Below are positions 30,071 through 40,156 of a stretch of DNA of 64,000 bases, one piece after another. Both the position numbers and the translations under genes were made by a program. Each line of letters opens with the position of its first letter. The stretch's first letter is position 1. The DNA comes from Candidatus Bathyarchaeota archaeon (lineage in GTDB: Archaea > Thermoproteota > Bathyarchaeia > Bathyarchaeales > Bathycorpusculaceae), in assembly GCA_963832745.1 (NCBI GenBank), contig CAWHVC010000001.1, positions 672,001 to 736,000 on the forward strand. The letters are read 5' to 3'. The notes beneath the pieces are model-generated. The model saw only the letters and a program-made list of their open reading frames with translations. It was not told the DNA's origin and did not search any database.

Positions 30071-30343
30071 ATGAATAATCAAAACAGCAAAGCTCGCGTC
30101 TTCACGGTTGAACTGAAATCAAAAAGAAGCCTCAAAAACGTGATGTTAACAAACGGCTCAGAAGACAATGTTCTTTTGGAGGGAACAATCGGTGAATTTG
30201 TAGCCGCAAAATTTGCTGAAGGCATAATTTTTGAAGTTACAGGCACAGAAGGCGTTCTCCGGGTCGACCTGTCCGCGGAAGAAATACAAACAACTCTCCA
30301 AAACGGTTTGAAATCAAAACAGGAGGTGACAATTGATGGATAA
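30071..30343 (+). CDS. Hypothetical protein
   Basis: 90 aa ORF with GAGG RBS, overlapping the flavodoxin start. Confidence 0.7.
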   Translation: MNNQNSKARVFTVELKSKRSLKNVMLTNGSEDNVLLEGTIGEFVAAKFAEGIIFEVTGTEGVLRVDLSAEEIQTTLQNGLKSKQEVTIDG

Positions 30344-30890
30344 AGCCTTAATTGTTTACGGAACCCGTTACGGTGCAGCAGCTAGTACAGCGGCAGAAAT
30401 CGCAAGAATCTTCCGTCAAGAAGGCTTAGACACAAGAATTGTTGATGCTGAAAAAGAAAAAATCCAAGACTTAACCATGTACGGTTTGGTTGTGGTTGGT
30501 AGCGGTATACAAATTAACCGTTGGACAAGCGGGCCAGAAAAATTTCTTAAAAAACACCAAAAAGAACTTAGGCACAAAAAAGTTGCCCTCTATGTATGCT
30601 GCGGCGCCGCAACAATAACTGACTCAGAGAAAGCTGTTGAAACAGAAAAGATGAAAAACAAGTATCTTGATGAAAAAGCCGCCAAGTACGGTTTAGAACC
30701 TGTTGCATTAGGTTTCTTTGGTGGAGTCTATAATTATAACAAGGTACCGTGGTGGGCTAAGAAGGCTTTGGACACTGAAAGACCAAAAGTTGAAGCAACC
30801 GCTAAACAGACTAACCCCGGAGTGTACGACACTCGCGACTGGACCGCCATAAGGGAATGGGCAAAAGAGTTAACAGAAAAAACGGTTTAA
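30336..30890 (+). CDS. Flavodoxin-domain protein (HemG-like)
   Basis: LIVYGTRYGA, VVVGSGI, DTRDWTAIREWA; GGAGGTGA RBS. Confidence 0.85.
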   Translation: MDKALIVYGTRYGAAASTAAEIARIFRQEGLDTRIVDAEKEKIQDLTMYGLVVVGSGIQINRWTSGPEKFLKKHQKELRHKKVALYVCCGAATITDSEKAVETEKMKNKYLDEKAAKYGLEPVALGFFGGVYNYNKVPWWAKKALDTERPKVEATAKQTNPGVYDTRDWTAIREWAKELTEKTV

Positions 30891-31099
30891 ACCAAATCGG
30901 AACTACTATACCAACCATTGTCAAAATTGCTACGGACTTCTTCGGGGTTAACCATCCTTTTTGTCTCAAAAATGTTCTTGGGTTTACTATTTTTTGTTAA
31001 CCGCAGAATAGTATCCGAGAGGGTTTCGTTGCCTTTTCTTTCTTTAATCAGGGCGCTGTAGGCTTCTTGTGTAACCGTAATATTTTTACCGTTAAACAT
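30887..31099 (-). CDS. VapB-like archaeal antitoxin family protein (orphan)
   Basis: KNITVTQEAYSALIKERKGNETLSDTILRL pattern. Confidence 0.7.
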   Translation of the reverse strand: MFNGKNITVTQEAYSALIKERKGNETLSDTILRLTKNSKPKNIFETKRMVNPEEVRSNFDNGWYSSSDLV

Positions 31100-31228
31100 A
31101 AAATAAACTATGAAGCTTTAAAATAAAAAAGCTTACTCAACCTTGCAACCCAGTTTTTCTGCAAATCCAAAATGCTACCTTCTTATACCCCTGTATAAAC
31201 AAACATTAGACAACAGGAGCGCCAAAGC

Positions 31229-32209
31229 TTGCCTAAACTAGCCCAACCATTACAAATTAAAGGATACACTTTACGGAACCGGATTGTTTTTCCGCCGATG
31301 CAAAGCGGACGCGCAGACTTTGATGGCTCAATAACAAATAAACTCATCAACTTTTACGTTCGTCGTTCTGAAAACGTCGGATTGCCCATAGTAGAACACG
31401 CATATATTGACTTGTTGGGCAAAATTGGGCCAAAACAACTCGGCATATACAACGACTCCCTTATCGATGGATACGAAAAACTTGCCTCTGCCATCCACAG
31501 CGTCGGCGCACCCGCAATAGTTCAAATCTCACATGCAGGCGGAGTGGCAAACAGAAAAGTCATCCATAACCAACCTGCCGGACCATCTTCAGCGGGAAAA
31601 ACACGTATGCTCGAAGTTTGCGAGCTTCATGCAATTACTGAGCAGTTCACGGCGGCGGCTGAACGTGCAATAAAAGCCGGATTTGACGGTGTCGAACTTC
31701 ATGGCGCCCACGGTTACCTGCTTAACCAATTCTTTTCACCGCTGCTAAACAAACGCGAAGATGAATACGGTGGTAATCTGGAAAAGCGTATGCATTTCCC
31801 CCTGCAAGTTACTGAAGCGGTACGTCAACGCATAGGAAATGATAAGTTGTTGCTTTACCGGTTGGGCTCTGACGATTTAGCGCCTCATGGCACGCATATT
31901 GAGGACGCGATTGTTTTTGCACGGAAACTTGAGGCGGCAGGAGTAGATATTTTGGACGTGTCAGGTGGCATGTGCGGCAGCAACCCTAAACAGTTCAAGC
32001 AAGTAAAAGGTTATTTTGTTGCGCAGGCTGAGGCAGTTAAACAAGCAGTACATGTTCCAGTTATCGGTGTAGGTGGCATTACTGAGCCAGAGTTTGCTGA
32101 CAGGCTGGTGCGGGAGGGCAAGGTGGATTTGGTTGCGGTTGGCCGAGCCTTATGGCGTGACGTAGATTGGGCAAAAAATGCCCTTGACGTAGTTAGCAAA
32201 ACAGTTTGA
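31229..32209 (+). CDS. NADH:flavin oxidoreductase (old yellow enzyme family)
   Basis: LRNRIVFPPM, QISHAG, AGFDGVELHGAHGYLLNQF, DLVAVGR. Confidence 0.92.
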   Translation: MPKLAQPLQIKGYTLRNRIVFPPMQSGRADFDGSITNKLINFYVRRSENVGLPIVEHAYIDLLGKIGPKQLGIYNDSLIDGYEKLASAIHSVGAPAIVQISHAGGVANRKVIHNQPAGPSSAGKTRMLEVCELHAITEQFTAAAERAIKAGFDGVELHGAHGYLLNQFFSPLLNKREDEYGGNLEKRMHFPLQVTEAVRQRIGNDKLLLYRLGSDDLAPHGTHIEDAIVFARKLEAAGVDILDVSGGMCGSNPKQFKQVKGYFVAQAEAVKQAVHVPVIGVGGITEPEFADRLVREGKVDLVAVGRALWRDVDWAKNALDVVSKTV

Positions 32210-32292
32210 AACACAAATTTTTTGTTGCTTCACTTCTGCACCAACATACATTTTTTACAAAGCTTCAACCGCCAATATAGCGGTGAACTTTT

Positions 32293-32847
32293 TTGTCTGA
32301 AGAAGAAAAAAAGAAAATGAATTATTATTATGCTGGAAAAGAAAAGAAAGCTGAGGAAATCAAAAAAGCGCCAGAGGAACCCTCGGATGAGATGATTCCG
32401 TATTTTTCTAAGGATTTTCAACGTGACTTTAACCGTATGATGGATCGATTTCAGCGGGAGTTTGAAGGTTTTTGGGGGCAACCGCCAAAGGTACATTATG
32501 AACGGTTTATGCGTCCATTTAAAACGATGATGCCGTCGGTGGATGTGGAAGACCGCGGAAAAGACTTCAGGTTAACAGTGGACCTACCGGGATTTAGCAA
32601 AGAAAACGTTGATGTCGAAGTCGTTGAAGACGCCGTAACCATTCAAGCTAAACAGACAAAGGCTGTGGAGGAGACGCAGAAAAACTTTATACGCCATGAA
32701 AGAGCCGCTCAAACTTACTACCGCAGAGTTCCGTTACCCGAAGCTGTGCTTTCTGACGAGGCAAAGGCAAATTTGAACAACGGCATACTTGAAATTGTTT
32801 TGCCAAAGAAGGCGCCTAAAGAAACCAAAAAGCTTCAAATCGACTAA
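32293..32847 (+). CDS. Small heat shock protein Hsp20
   Basis: PSVDVED..VDLPG..RRVPLPE..ANLNNGILEIVLPK alpha-crystallin domain. Confidence 0.92.
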   Translation: MSEEEKKKMNYYYAGKEKKAEEIKKAPEEPSDEMIPYFSKDFQRDFNRMMDRFQREFEGFWGQPPKVHYERFMRPFKTMMPSVDVEDRGKDFRLTVDLPGFSKENVDVEVVEDAVTIQAKQTKAVEETQKNFIRHERAAQTYYRRVPLPEAVLSDEAKANLNNGILEIVLPKKAPKETKKLQID

Positions 32848-32978
32848 TCTCTCTTTTCGTTTCTCTTTTTTCATAATCAAACTTCCAATTTTTCAACATA
32901 CTAATGATCAAAATTTCAACCATTATCACCTACTTCTTCTGTCGTTTCCGAAAAAGGCTTGTTTTGATCTACCTCCTA

Positions 32979-33006
32979 TAGGTTTCTGCAATTAATTTTT
33001 AATAGG
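32979..33006 (+). repeat. Dispersed 28-bp intergenic repeat, copy 2
   Basis: TAGGTTTCTGCAATTAATTTTTAATAGG. Confidence 0.85.
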
Positions 33007-33156
33007 ATCTCCTAATAGACGCCAAATAGGTTGACAGCAACATAGAACAGCACCAAATTAAGTTGTCAACTAACTTACAAATGTAAAATCGGGGTACTTT
33101 GTGCTCGTTGAATAATTGTGGGCTGTTTTAAATAAGCAGGGAACAATAGGTGGATT

Positions 33157-33685
33157 ATGCAGAAAATGAATGTTCATAGTTCTCGCTTGTTTGCGGTTAT
33201 GCTTGTGTTTGTTCTTTTTGTAGCGGGGGTTTTTGGGATTTTTATCTATTTTACCAGTTTATGGGACAATGGTGATGTAGAAATTTCGCAGCCAGATGAA
33301 ACCGCCAATATTGCCACCGCTTTAGGTTGCAAGGAGATTGGACAGGATTACTTTTATCGTGCTCCTTGGCCCTACAATTACCTGTACATAACTGGAACAG
33401 TAAGCAACGCTGGAAACGGTACCGCTTACAATGCTGGACTCAAAGTTGTTGCCTATAATTCTACCGGCAGCGTCCTAGTGGATATGACGTTTCCTTTGGG
33501 TAACGTCACTTTTGGGACAACCCCCGAAATCAGCGCTTATCTAAAACAGTACTCGAACATTGATTATTCTTTGGCTCTTGGAATTGATGGCAAGTGGACA
33601 AAATGATACAATTGTTTTGGGGATTGCTCACGAAGGTGTTGCTTCAAACTGGACACTAACTCCTGTATGGACAAACCTGCCATAA
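33157..33685 (+). CDS. Membrane-anchored FxLYD-like domain protein; frameshift near 33585
   Basis: TM helix, ITGTVSNAG...VVAYNSTG; alternative frame continues SGQNDTIVLGI...WTLTPVWTNLP to TAA 33685. Confidence 0.6.
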
Positions 33686-33692
33686 TCGGTTG

Positions 33693-33947
33693 TTAAAGGG
33701 TTAATCCTCCAAATATTCCACTGAGAAACATGCTATCAAACGTTCCTGCGTCTTGATACTGGATACTGAGGTGCCGAGTTCGGGGGTGTTTAGGGTAAGG
33801 CAGAGCGCTGTGAGGGTAGTGGATTATTTTTGTGTTTGATAATTTTTGCGTTTTTTTGAGGGTTTTGTGCTTGCTTGCTGTGCAGCGGATGGGGTTATTT
33901 GTTATTAATCGTTTGGAAGAGGAAGGTTTTTTATTGTTTTTCTGCAT
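33693..33947 (-). CDS. Possible small hypothetical protein divergent from lrp
   Basis: 84 aa ORF with AGGTGA RBS, but low-complexity composition. Confidence 0.3.
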   Translation of the reverse strand: MQKNNKKPSSSKRLITNNPIRCTASKHKTLKKTQKLSNTKIIHYPHSALPYPKHPRTRHLSIQYQDAGTFDSMFLSGIFGGLTL

Positions 33948-34062
33948 TATTTTTCACCTAAAAATATTTTTAGTAAACGTTTGTACAGTTTTTCGATTTT
34001 GCCCTATTCAAACGGGTAATCTTAAATACTTGAGTGTAGTGATTGTGCAGTATTAAATCATA

Positions 34063-34638
34063 ATGTCCGACAAACGTAAAGAGGAGCGCAAAATATTGCA
34101 ACAAACAAACACAAAAAACCCGCAAAACACTGCACAAATAACAGGCGCTCCTACGCACTCTTTTGAAGAATACAAACGTCCCCCAGCAACAATCAGTCTC
34201 GACCAAATGGACATAAAAATCCTCAGCATCCTGCAAGACAACTGCCAACTAAGCTACAGAAAACTTGGAACAATGCTTGGCGTCTCTGGCGTGATTGTTG
34301 CTAGCCGCATAAAAGCTCTTGAAGACAAGGGTATTTTGGAGGGTTATACGGTGATTTTGGATCCGGTGAAGTTGGGTTATGATTTGACTGCGATTTTGTA
34401 TGTTCAGGTTGAAAGTGGTTTTTTGGTTGATGTTGAGGCTGAGTTGTCGCGGACTTCTGGCGTGATTGGGGTGTATGAGGTTACTGGGGATTTTGATGTT
34501 ATTGCGGTGACTAAGCTTCGGGATCGGGATTGTTTGAATACTTTGATTAAGAATTTGTTGTTGACTCCGCATGTTAAACGGACTTTGACTAATATTACCT
34601 TGAATGTTGTTAAGGAAGATTTCAAGATTCCTTTTTAG
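34063..34638 (+). CDS. Lrp/AsnC family transcription regulator
   Basis: LDQMDIKILSILQDN...RIKALEDKGIL HTH; VYEVTGDFD RAM domain. Confidence 0.92.
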   Translation: MSDKRKEERKILQQTNTKNPQNTAQITGAPTHSFEEYKRPPATISLDQMDIKILSILQDNCQLSYRKLGTMLGVSGVIVASRIKALEDKGILEGYTVILDPVKLGYDLTAILYVQVESGFLVDVEAELSRTSGVIGVYEVTGDFDVIAVTKLRDRDCLNTLIKNLLLTPHVKRTLTNITLNVVKEDFKIPF

Positions 34639-34736
34639 CCTTTAAGCTTCTCCTGACGTTTTGCATCTGACTAGTAAACCCCACAATTTTAAAACATATG
34701 CTAAGTTTTTTCACTTAAAAATGTATATTTTTCCAG

Positions 34737-34778
34737 TTTTTCATAAAAGTTATGAACAAATCACAATTAGGTTTATAT
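34737..34778 (+). promoter_or_regulatory. Palindromic operator plus TATA box upstream of amt1
   Basis: TTCATAA-AAG-TTATGAA (34740-34756) inside a 27-bp block identical to 36530-36556; TTTATAT at 34772. Confidence 0.75.
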
Positions 34779-34894
34779 TGCCTGTTATCCACGCTTCCTA
34801 TAAAACGGTGAAAAACAACATGAGAAAGGGAAAAATACTAACAAAAATCTCAAACACAGCTGAGAAAGCATTAACAAAACACTCAGAACTCTTC

Positions 34895-36382
34895 ATGAAA
34901 AAGAAATTCTACATACTCGCAGGCATACTACTAACTTGCTTAGCAATCAGCGTAGGACAAGTATTTGCACAATCAACCGACCCCCTCGTAGACACAGGCG
35001 CAGCAGTCAGCATCGCATGGACACTAGTCATGGGTGGCTTAGTCTGGTTCATGCAGCTTGGCTTCGCGTTCCTCGGCGCTGGCTTTATCCGGCAGAAAAA
35101 CCAGGTCAACTACTGGACAAAGAGCTACCTTGACTTCAGCGTTGGTGTAGTCATCTTTGCATTAGTAGGCTTCGGTTTAATGTTCGGTGGCTCCGGAGCA
35201 GCATTCCCCGCAGGATTTGATGCAACCGGAACACAAGTCTTTGTTACATTACCCGGTCTAGACGCAGGCAACTCATTCATAGGCTATAGTGGCTTTCTCC
35301 TCGCAGGTCAAGCAACTAACACGTTCACACTAGTGTATTTCTTCTGGCAAGCAGTCTTCGCAGCCACTTCAGTAACAATCGTTGCAGGTATGGTTGCCGA
35401 AAGAATGAAGTTCCAGGCGTACTTCTTATACACAGTACTGATTAACATCCTAATCTATCCAGTCTATGGTCACTGGGTTTGGGGTGGCGGTTGGCTCGCA
35501 ACATTACCTTTCGGTGTCGGTGTCCGCGACTTTGCAGGTTCAGGTGTCGTCCACGCAGTCGGTGGCTTTACAGGTTTAGCGGCTTGTTGGCTCATTGGTC
35601 CAAGAATCGGCAAATACGGTAAAAATGGTGAAGTTCGCAGTTTCGGCTACACAAACGTGCCATACATCGTTATCGGCACCATGATTCTGTTCCTCGGCTG
35701 GTTCGGCTTCAACCCAGGCAGCACACTCAGCACACTTGACGGCGTAACTCCACTAGTTTCAGTAAACACTTATCTTGCAGGCGGTGTCGGTGCAGTAATT
35801 GGCATAATAATCAGCTATCTTGACCGTAAACACTTCGCAGGACCAGACATTCAAGCAGTCTGCACAGGCGCTCTTGGTGGCCTAGTAGCAATCACAGCAC
35901 CATGCGCTTACGTTGACCCATGGGCCGCATTAATCATCGGTGTCATCGCAGCTCCACTAGCACTCTACGGCAACATATTCGTTGAACGCAAACTAAAAAT
36001 TGACGACCCAGTCGGCGCATTCGGTATCCACGGCATCAACGGTCTCTTTGGTTTACTAGCAGTCGGTCTATTTGCAAACGGTCTATACGGCGGCGTTAAC
36101 GGTGTACTAATCAACGGCGGTGCAGGTACAGGGCAGCTAATTGCACAGTTAATTGACTGTGCGGTCGTTGCAGGCTTTAGTTTCGGTATGGGCTTGTTGA
36201 TCTTTGGTATGATCAAATACACCATCGGCTTAAGAGCTCATCATAAAGAAGAGATTGAGGGCTTAGACCTTACCGAACACGGATTCAGTGCATACCCAGA
36301 AATCGTTATGAAGCCTGAAGCAAAAGAGTGGGTTACTCCAGAAGCTAAAGACAAAGAGCTCCTTGACAAGAAAGGCGAATAA
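34895..36382 (+). CDS. amtB: Ammonium transporter (copy 1, with signal peptide)
   Basis: FMQLGFA, FWQAVFAAT, AERMKF, HWVWGGGW, DFAGSGVVH, WFGFN, DDPVGAFGIHG, EIEGLD; start may be 34820. Confidence 0.95.
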   Translation: MKKKFYILAGILLTCLAISVGQVFAQSTDPLVDTGAAVSIAWTLVMGGLVWFMQLGFAFLGAGFIRQKNQVNYWTKSYLDFSVGVVIFALVGFGLMFGGSGAAFPAGFDATGTQVFVTLPGLDAGNSFIGYSGFLLAGQATNTFTLVYFFWQAVFAATSVTIVAGMVAERMKFQAYFLYTVLINILIYPVYGHWVWGGGWLATLPFGVGVRDFAGSGVVHAVGGFTGLAACWLIGPRIGKYGKNGEVRSFGYTNVPYIVIGTMILFLGWFGFNPGSTLSTLDGVTPLVSVNTYLAGGVGAVIGIIISYLDRKHFAGPDIQAVCTGALGGLVAITAPCAYVDPWAALIIGVIAAPLALYGNIFVERKLKIDDPVGAFGIHGINGLFGLLAVGLFANGLYGGVNGVLINGGAGTGQLIAQLIDCAVVAGFSFGMGLLIFGMIKYTIGLRAHHKEEIEGLDLTEHGFSAYPEIVMKPEAKEWVTPEAKDKELLDKKGE

Positions 36383-36407
36383 TCGCCTTCACCATTTTCT
36401 TTTTTTT
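36372..36407 (+). terminator. Hairpin plus T-tract after amt1
   Basis: AAGGCGA-ATAA-TCGCCTT followed by a T run. Confidence 0.5.
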
Positions 36408-36529
36408 GTTTAGTGTCTTTTTAACCAGTTTATTGTTGTGAATGTTGCTTTTCTTATAAATGTCCAGAATATTATTCAAAATTAGTACAATCGCAAAGTT
36501 TTTTTACATTTTTACGTTAACTTTTTCAA

Positions 36530-36571
36530 TTTTTCATAAAAGTTATGAACAAATCATAACAGCCTTTATAT
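36530..36571 (+). promoter_or_regulatory. Second copy of palindromic operator plus TATA box
   Basis: TTTTTCATAAAAGTTATGAACAAATCA then TTTATAT at 36565, the same 35-nt offset as copy 1. Confidence 0.75.
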
Positions 36572-36624
36572 CCGTTAGGGCTCATCGGAAAGCAAATATT
36601 GAACATAAAGAGGATTGATTAGCC

Positions 36625-37878
36625 CTGCCAATAGACGCACAAATCTTAATACTGCCAATATTCATAGCCTGCTACGCACTAGCACTTAGCAGAAAAGTCA
36701 AACTAGCCTACACGTCAGTAATCTCCCTAATCGCATTAATCGTACTCGGCATAGTATCTTGGCAGGACACCATCTTTTTAGCCATACAGTGGGATGTGCT
36801 CGCTGTAATCTGGGGCTTCATGATGGTCTCATTCATATTTTCAGAAAGCCAAATGCCCGAACTAATAGCAAACAAAATCCTAACCCACATAAAAATAGAA
36901 AAATATGCTCTATTAGCACTTTGCGCCGTTGCAGCATTCCTCTCCGCTTTCATGGCAAACGTTGCAGTACTCTTTCTAATGGCGCCTGTAGCAATACAGA
37001 TGGCACGAAAACTTGGCTCACCACTTTTTCCCTACATAGTTTCCGTCGGTGTATGCTCAAACATGGTCACCACAACCACAATGATCGCTGACCCCCCAGC
37101 ATTGATTTTGGCAATACAGACTGGCATGACCCCACTTGATTTCTACTGGTTCCAGGGCAGAATAGGCCTAGGTGCAATAACTGCTGTGGGTGTAACCGCT
37201 GCTTTACTAACACTGCTTGTGCTCTTCCGTAAAATGAACAAGAAAATCGATATTGAGCCAGAAAAAATCAAAGTAACCAAACTGCCAACAATCCTGTTCC
37301 TTGTCGGCATAATCGTGCTTGCGTTGGCTCCAGAAATCAACCTCAGCTTAGGAGTAGTAGGCTTGGGTGTGGGTATCATTGCGTTAATAATTGGACACAA
37401 AAAAGCTAAACGCATGATTGTAGAGTTCGACTGGGACTCCTTAATCTTCCTAGCAGGCATATTTGGAGTAATCTTTGCGCTGTCAACATCCGGTTTACTT
37501 ACTGACTTCGCTCAAGGCATCATCGGCATGGGCATCGGCAACCCCACTATACTACTGGCCTTCCTTGTCTGGCTTTCAGTTGGCTTATCTTCCTTCATTG
37601 ACCCCAACGCTTACACTGTCCTGATGATTCCAGTATGCCAACAATTAGCAACTTTCACTGGAATTAGTGCATTTCCACTACTCTTCGGTACACTAATCGG
37701 TACAGGAAGCGGCGCCAACATATTGCCAATGGGTGCAGCCACAAACGTGTTTGCCTGCGGACTGCTGGAGAAAAACAACTGTCTAGTCAGCACTAAAGAG
37801 TACATCAAGATAGGTTTGCCCTTATCCATAGTTGCGGTTGGCGTTGCAAACTTGCTCTTGTGGATGTTCTGGGTGTAA
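36625..37878 (+). CDS. IT-superfamily permease (ArsB/NhaD/SLC13-like)
   Basis: FLSAFMANVA, TMIADPPAL, DWDSLIFLAGIF, LSSFIDPNAY, GANILPMGAATN; frame open upstream of ORF-track start to a CTG at 36625. Confidence 0.85.
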   Translation: MPIDAQILILPIFIACYALALSRKVKLAYTSVISLIALIVLGIVSWQDTIFLAIQWDVLAVIWGFMMVSFIFSESQMPELIANKILTHIKIEKYALLALCAVAAFLSAFMANVAVLFLMAPVAIQMARKLGSPLFPYIVSVGVCSNMVTTTTMIADPPALILAIQTGMTPLDFYWFQGRIGLGAITAVGVTAALLTLLVLFRKMNKKIDIEPEKIKVTKLPTILFLVGIIVLALAPEINLSLGVVGLGVGIIALIIGHKKAKRMIVEFDWDSLIFLAGIFGVIFALSTSGLLTDFAQGIIGMGIGNPTILLAFLVWLSVGLSSFIDPNAYTVLMIPVCQQLATFTGISAFPLLFGTLIGTGSGANILPMGAATNVFACGLLEKNNCLVSTKEYIKIGLPLSIVAVGVANLLLWMFWV

Positions 37879-37930
37879 CAAAATTAATAAACTAAAAAAT
37901 GTGAGGTTGAATGGAAAAGTGTCAAATGAA

Positions 37931-38230
37931 ATGGGTTTGCGGATAAAAAAAGGCAAGAACTTTAAAGATGTTATTGCCGAAGAGAAAAACAAGGGTCGAT
38001 ACTTTAAACTAATGATGAAGAGGCTAACCAGTATTAATTCATCCTTACTGTATAGCGGTTCTTTCCTGCTACTCTTCATTGTTATTGATGTTGCAGTTTA
38101 CGCTTTGCTTGAACCAACCGTTTTAATTTGGGCTGGCATACTTGTGGCTTCAGCCCTTGTGAGCTCGATATTCGCATCTAAAGTAACAAATATGCTCAAG
38201 AAACAGCAGTGGAAATACGCTTCACTTTAA
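37931..38230 (+). CDS. Small two-TM membrane protein
   Basis: Two hydrophobic helices; start uncertain. Confidence 0.55.
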   Translation: MGLRIKKGKNFKDVIAEEKNKGRYFKLMMKRLTSINSSLLYSGSFLLLFIVIDVAVYALLEPTVLIWAGILVASALVSSIFASKVTNMLKKQQWKYASL

Positions 38231-38399
38231 CTATATATTCCTTTTTTTGACTATTGTTTTTCTGTAGTACACTTTTTTCGACGTTCTCACAGCAACTTTA
38301 CCCTTTTTTCAACTTTCACGTTAGCTCTGATTGTTTTAATGGACAATTAAAGGCTAAATTAGAGAAAATTTAAATGTCCAATCTAATACTAAAGATTCA

Positions 38400-39863
38400 A
38401 TGAAATCCACTATCGCAGTCTTGCTTGCTAACATGGGTTTTGTCCTTCAACTATCAGGGATTTTCATCCTTGTGCCTATTGTTGTTTCTTTCATGCTTAA
38501 CGAAACAAATGCCACTGTTGCATTATTCATTTCCGCAACCGCATTCATGGCGTTAGGTTTTCTAACAAATGCACTATGTGAGAAAAAAGAAATGACCTAC
38601 AGACAATCATGCATATTGATTGTTTCGGTTTTCATAATTCTAAGCTTGATTGGCGCAATACCTTACTTGTACTTGAGTCTTCCCAGCTCAAATATAATCC
38701 AAACTGTAACTGACAGCGTTTTTGAATCTGTTTCAGGATTCACCACAACAGGCTTCTCAGTAATCCCTGACCTATCGGCGCTTCCACAATCAATAATTCT
38801 GTACAGGTCACTGACACAATTCATCGGTGGCATCGGCGTCGTTATCGTTTTGCTTTCCTTCTTCTATCCTGAGGCGAAACTGAAAGAGTTTGCAAAAAGC
38901 ATGGGTTTAGGCAACGGAAACTACAAGATTAAGAAAACCTTCCTGTTTATCGTTTCACTCTACTGTGCCTTTACAATCGCAATGGTTGTTATCGGCTACT
39001 TAGGTGGTTATCATGACCTGCTTAATTTAAGCTCAATTGTCTTTTCCTCAATCAGCACTGGTGGCTTCTCGCCTGCAGTTGATTTAGCAACCCTTGTATC
39101 TCAAACACCGTTCAACTTTATCGTTCCGATAAGCATGATTTTCGGTGCAACAAACTTTCTTATATTTCCTAGTCTTTTCAAGGGAAAAATTAAAGAATTC
39201 TTCAATTCCGAATTTATCGTTTTCCTGATTGTAGCAGCGGTTTCAACTTTTATCCTGTTCCAATTCTTTAATGTTGACACATACACTGCAATGTTCCATG
39301 TTGTAAGTGCCATGTCAACAACTGGCTTTAACACGATACCCATACAAAGTATGGCTGATTCGCTCAAATTATTCCTGGTTGCGTTGATGTTCATCGGCGG
39401 CTGCAGCTTTTCCACTGCCGGCGGCATCAAAATTTACCGCTTATTGTTGATGCTGAAAAGTGTCAAGAAAAGTGTAACTTTTGCAGTTGTAGGTAAAGAT
39501 GAGAAAGTAAAAGTGCTGGGCAAGGAATACTCAAACTCTGATGTAATCCAAAGCGCAGCTTTAGTGTTTCTCACAGCGCTTCTGATCTTTGTTTCAGCGT
39601 TAATTGTAAGTTACTATGGCTTTAGGCCTATAGATGCGCTTTTTGATTGTACCTCTGCAATGGCAACGACTGGTTTAAGCACTGGTGTAGTTGGTCCAAG
39701 TTTGGCTATCGAATTAAAATGGCTGTTTATGTTCCTGATGCTTCTTGGGCGTGTTGAAATTATCTCCTTCCTTGTCATTTTTACAAGAGGAAAAGAACGT
39801 CCTATGCTTGCATCACAGTCTTACGAAGAGCCTGCAGTGATTACAATTACTGATGAGGAATAG
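38400..39863 (+). CDS. trkH: TrkH family potassium uptake protein
   Basis: Pore loops FESVSGFTTTGFS, ISTGGFS, MSTTGFN, MATTGLS; STAGGIKIYR; LGRVE. Confidence 0.92.
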   Translation: MKSTIAVLLANMGFVLQLSGIFILVPIVVSFMLNETNATVALFISATAFMALGFLTNALCEKKEMTYRQSCILIVSVFIILSLIGAIPYLYLSLPSSNIIQTVTDSVFESVSGFTTTGFSVIPDLSALPQSIILYRSLTQFIGGIGVVIVLLSFFYPEAKLKEFAKSMGLGNGNYKIKKTFLFIVSLYCAFTIAMVVIGYLGGYHDLLNLSSIVFSSISTGGFSPAVDLATLVSQTPFNFIVPISMIFGATNFLIFPSLFKGKIKEFFNSEFIVFLIVAAVSTFILFQFFNVDTYTAMFHVVSAMSTTGFNTIPIQSMADSLKLFLVALMFIGGCSFSTAGGIKIYRLLLMLKSVKKSVTFAVVGKDEKVKVLGKEYSNSDVIQSAALVFLTALLIFVSALIVSYYGFRPIDALFDCTSAMATTGLSTGVVGPSLAIELKWLFMFLMLLGRVEIISFLVIFTRGKERPMLASQSYEEPAVITITDEE

Positions 39864-40156
39864 GCTTCTTTTTTTTCTGTTTTTTCTTTATCTTTGTGTA
39901 TGTTTAGGTGTTTTGCTGGTTGTTGTTGGCCTGTTCTTTTGGTTTGTTATGGGTGGTTTTTTTGGATGATTTTCTAGTTATTGCCCTTTTAGCGCCGTTA
40001 AGATTGAACAAATAGTTGCGATTTGGCATGTTGATTCGATGTTTGGTCAAAAAAGTGGTCATTAGTGTAGCAAGTGGATACTTTTATATACTTGGATGAA
40101 ATAATTGCACAGGTAACAAGGCAATAAGGTGACATTTGTCAAGAGGTACATGAAAA

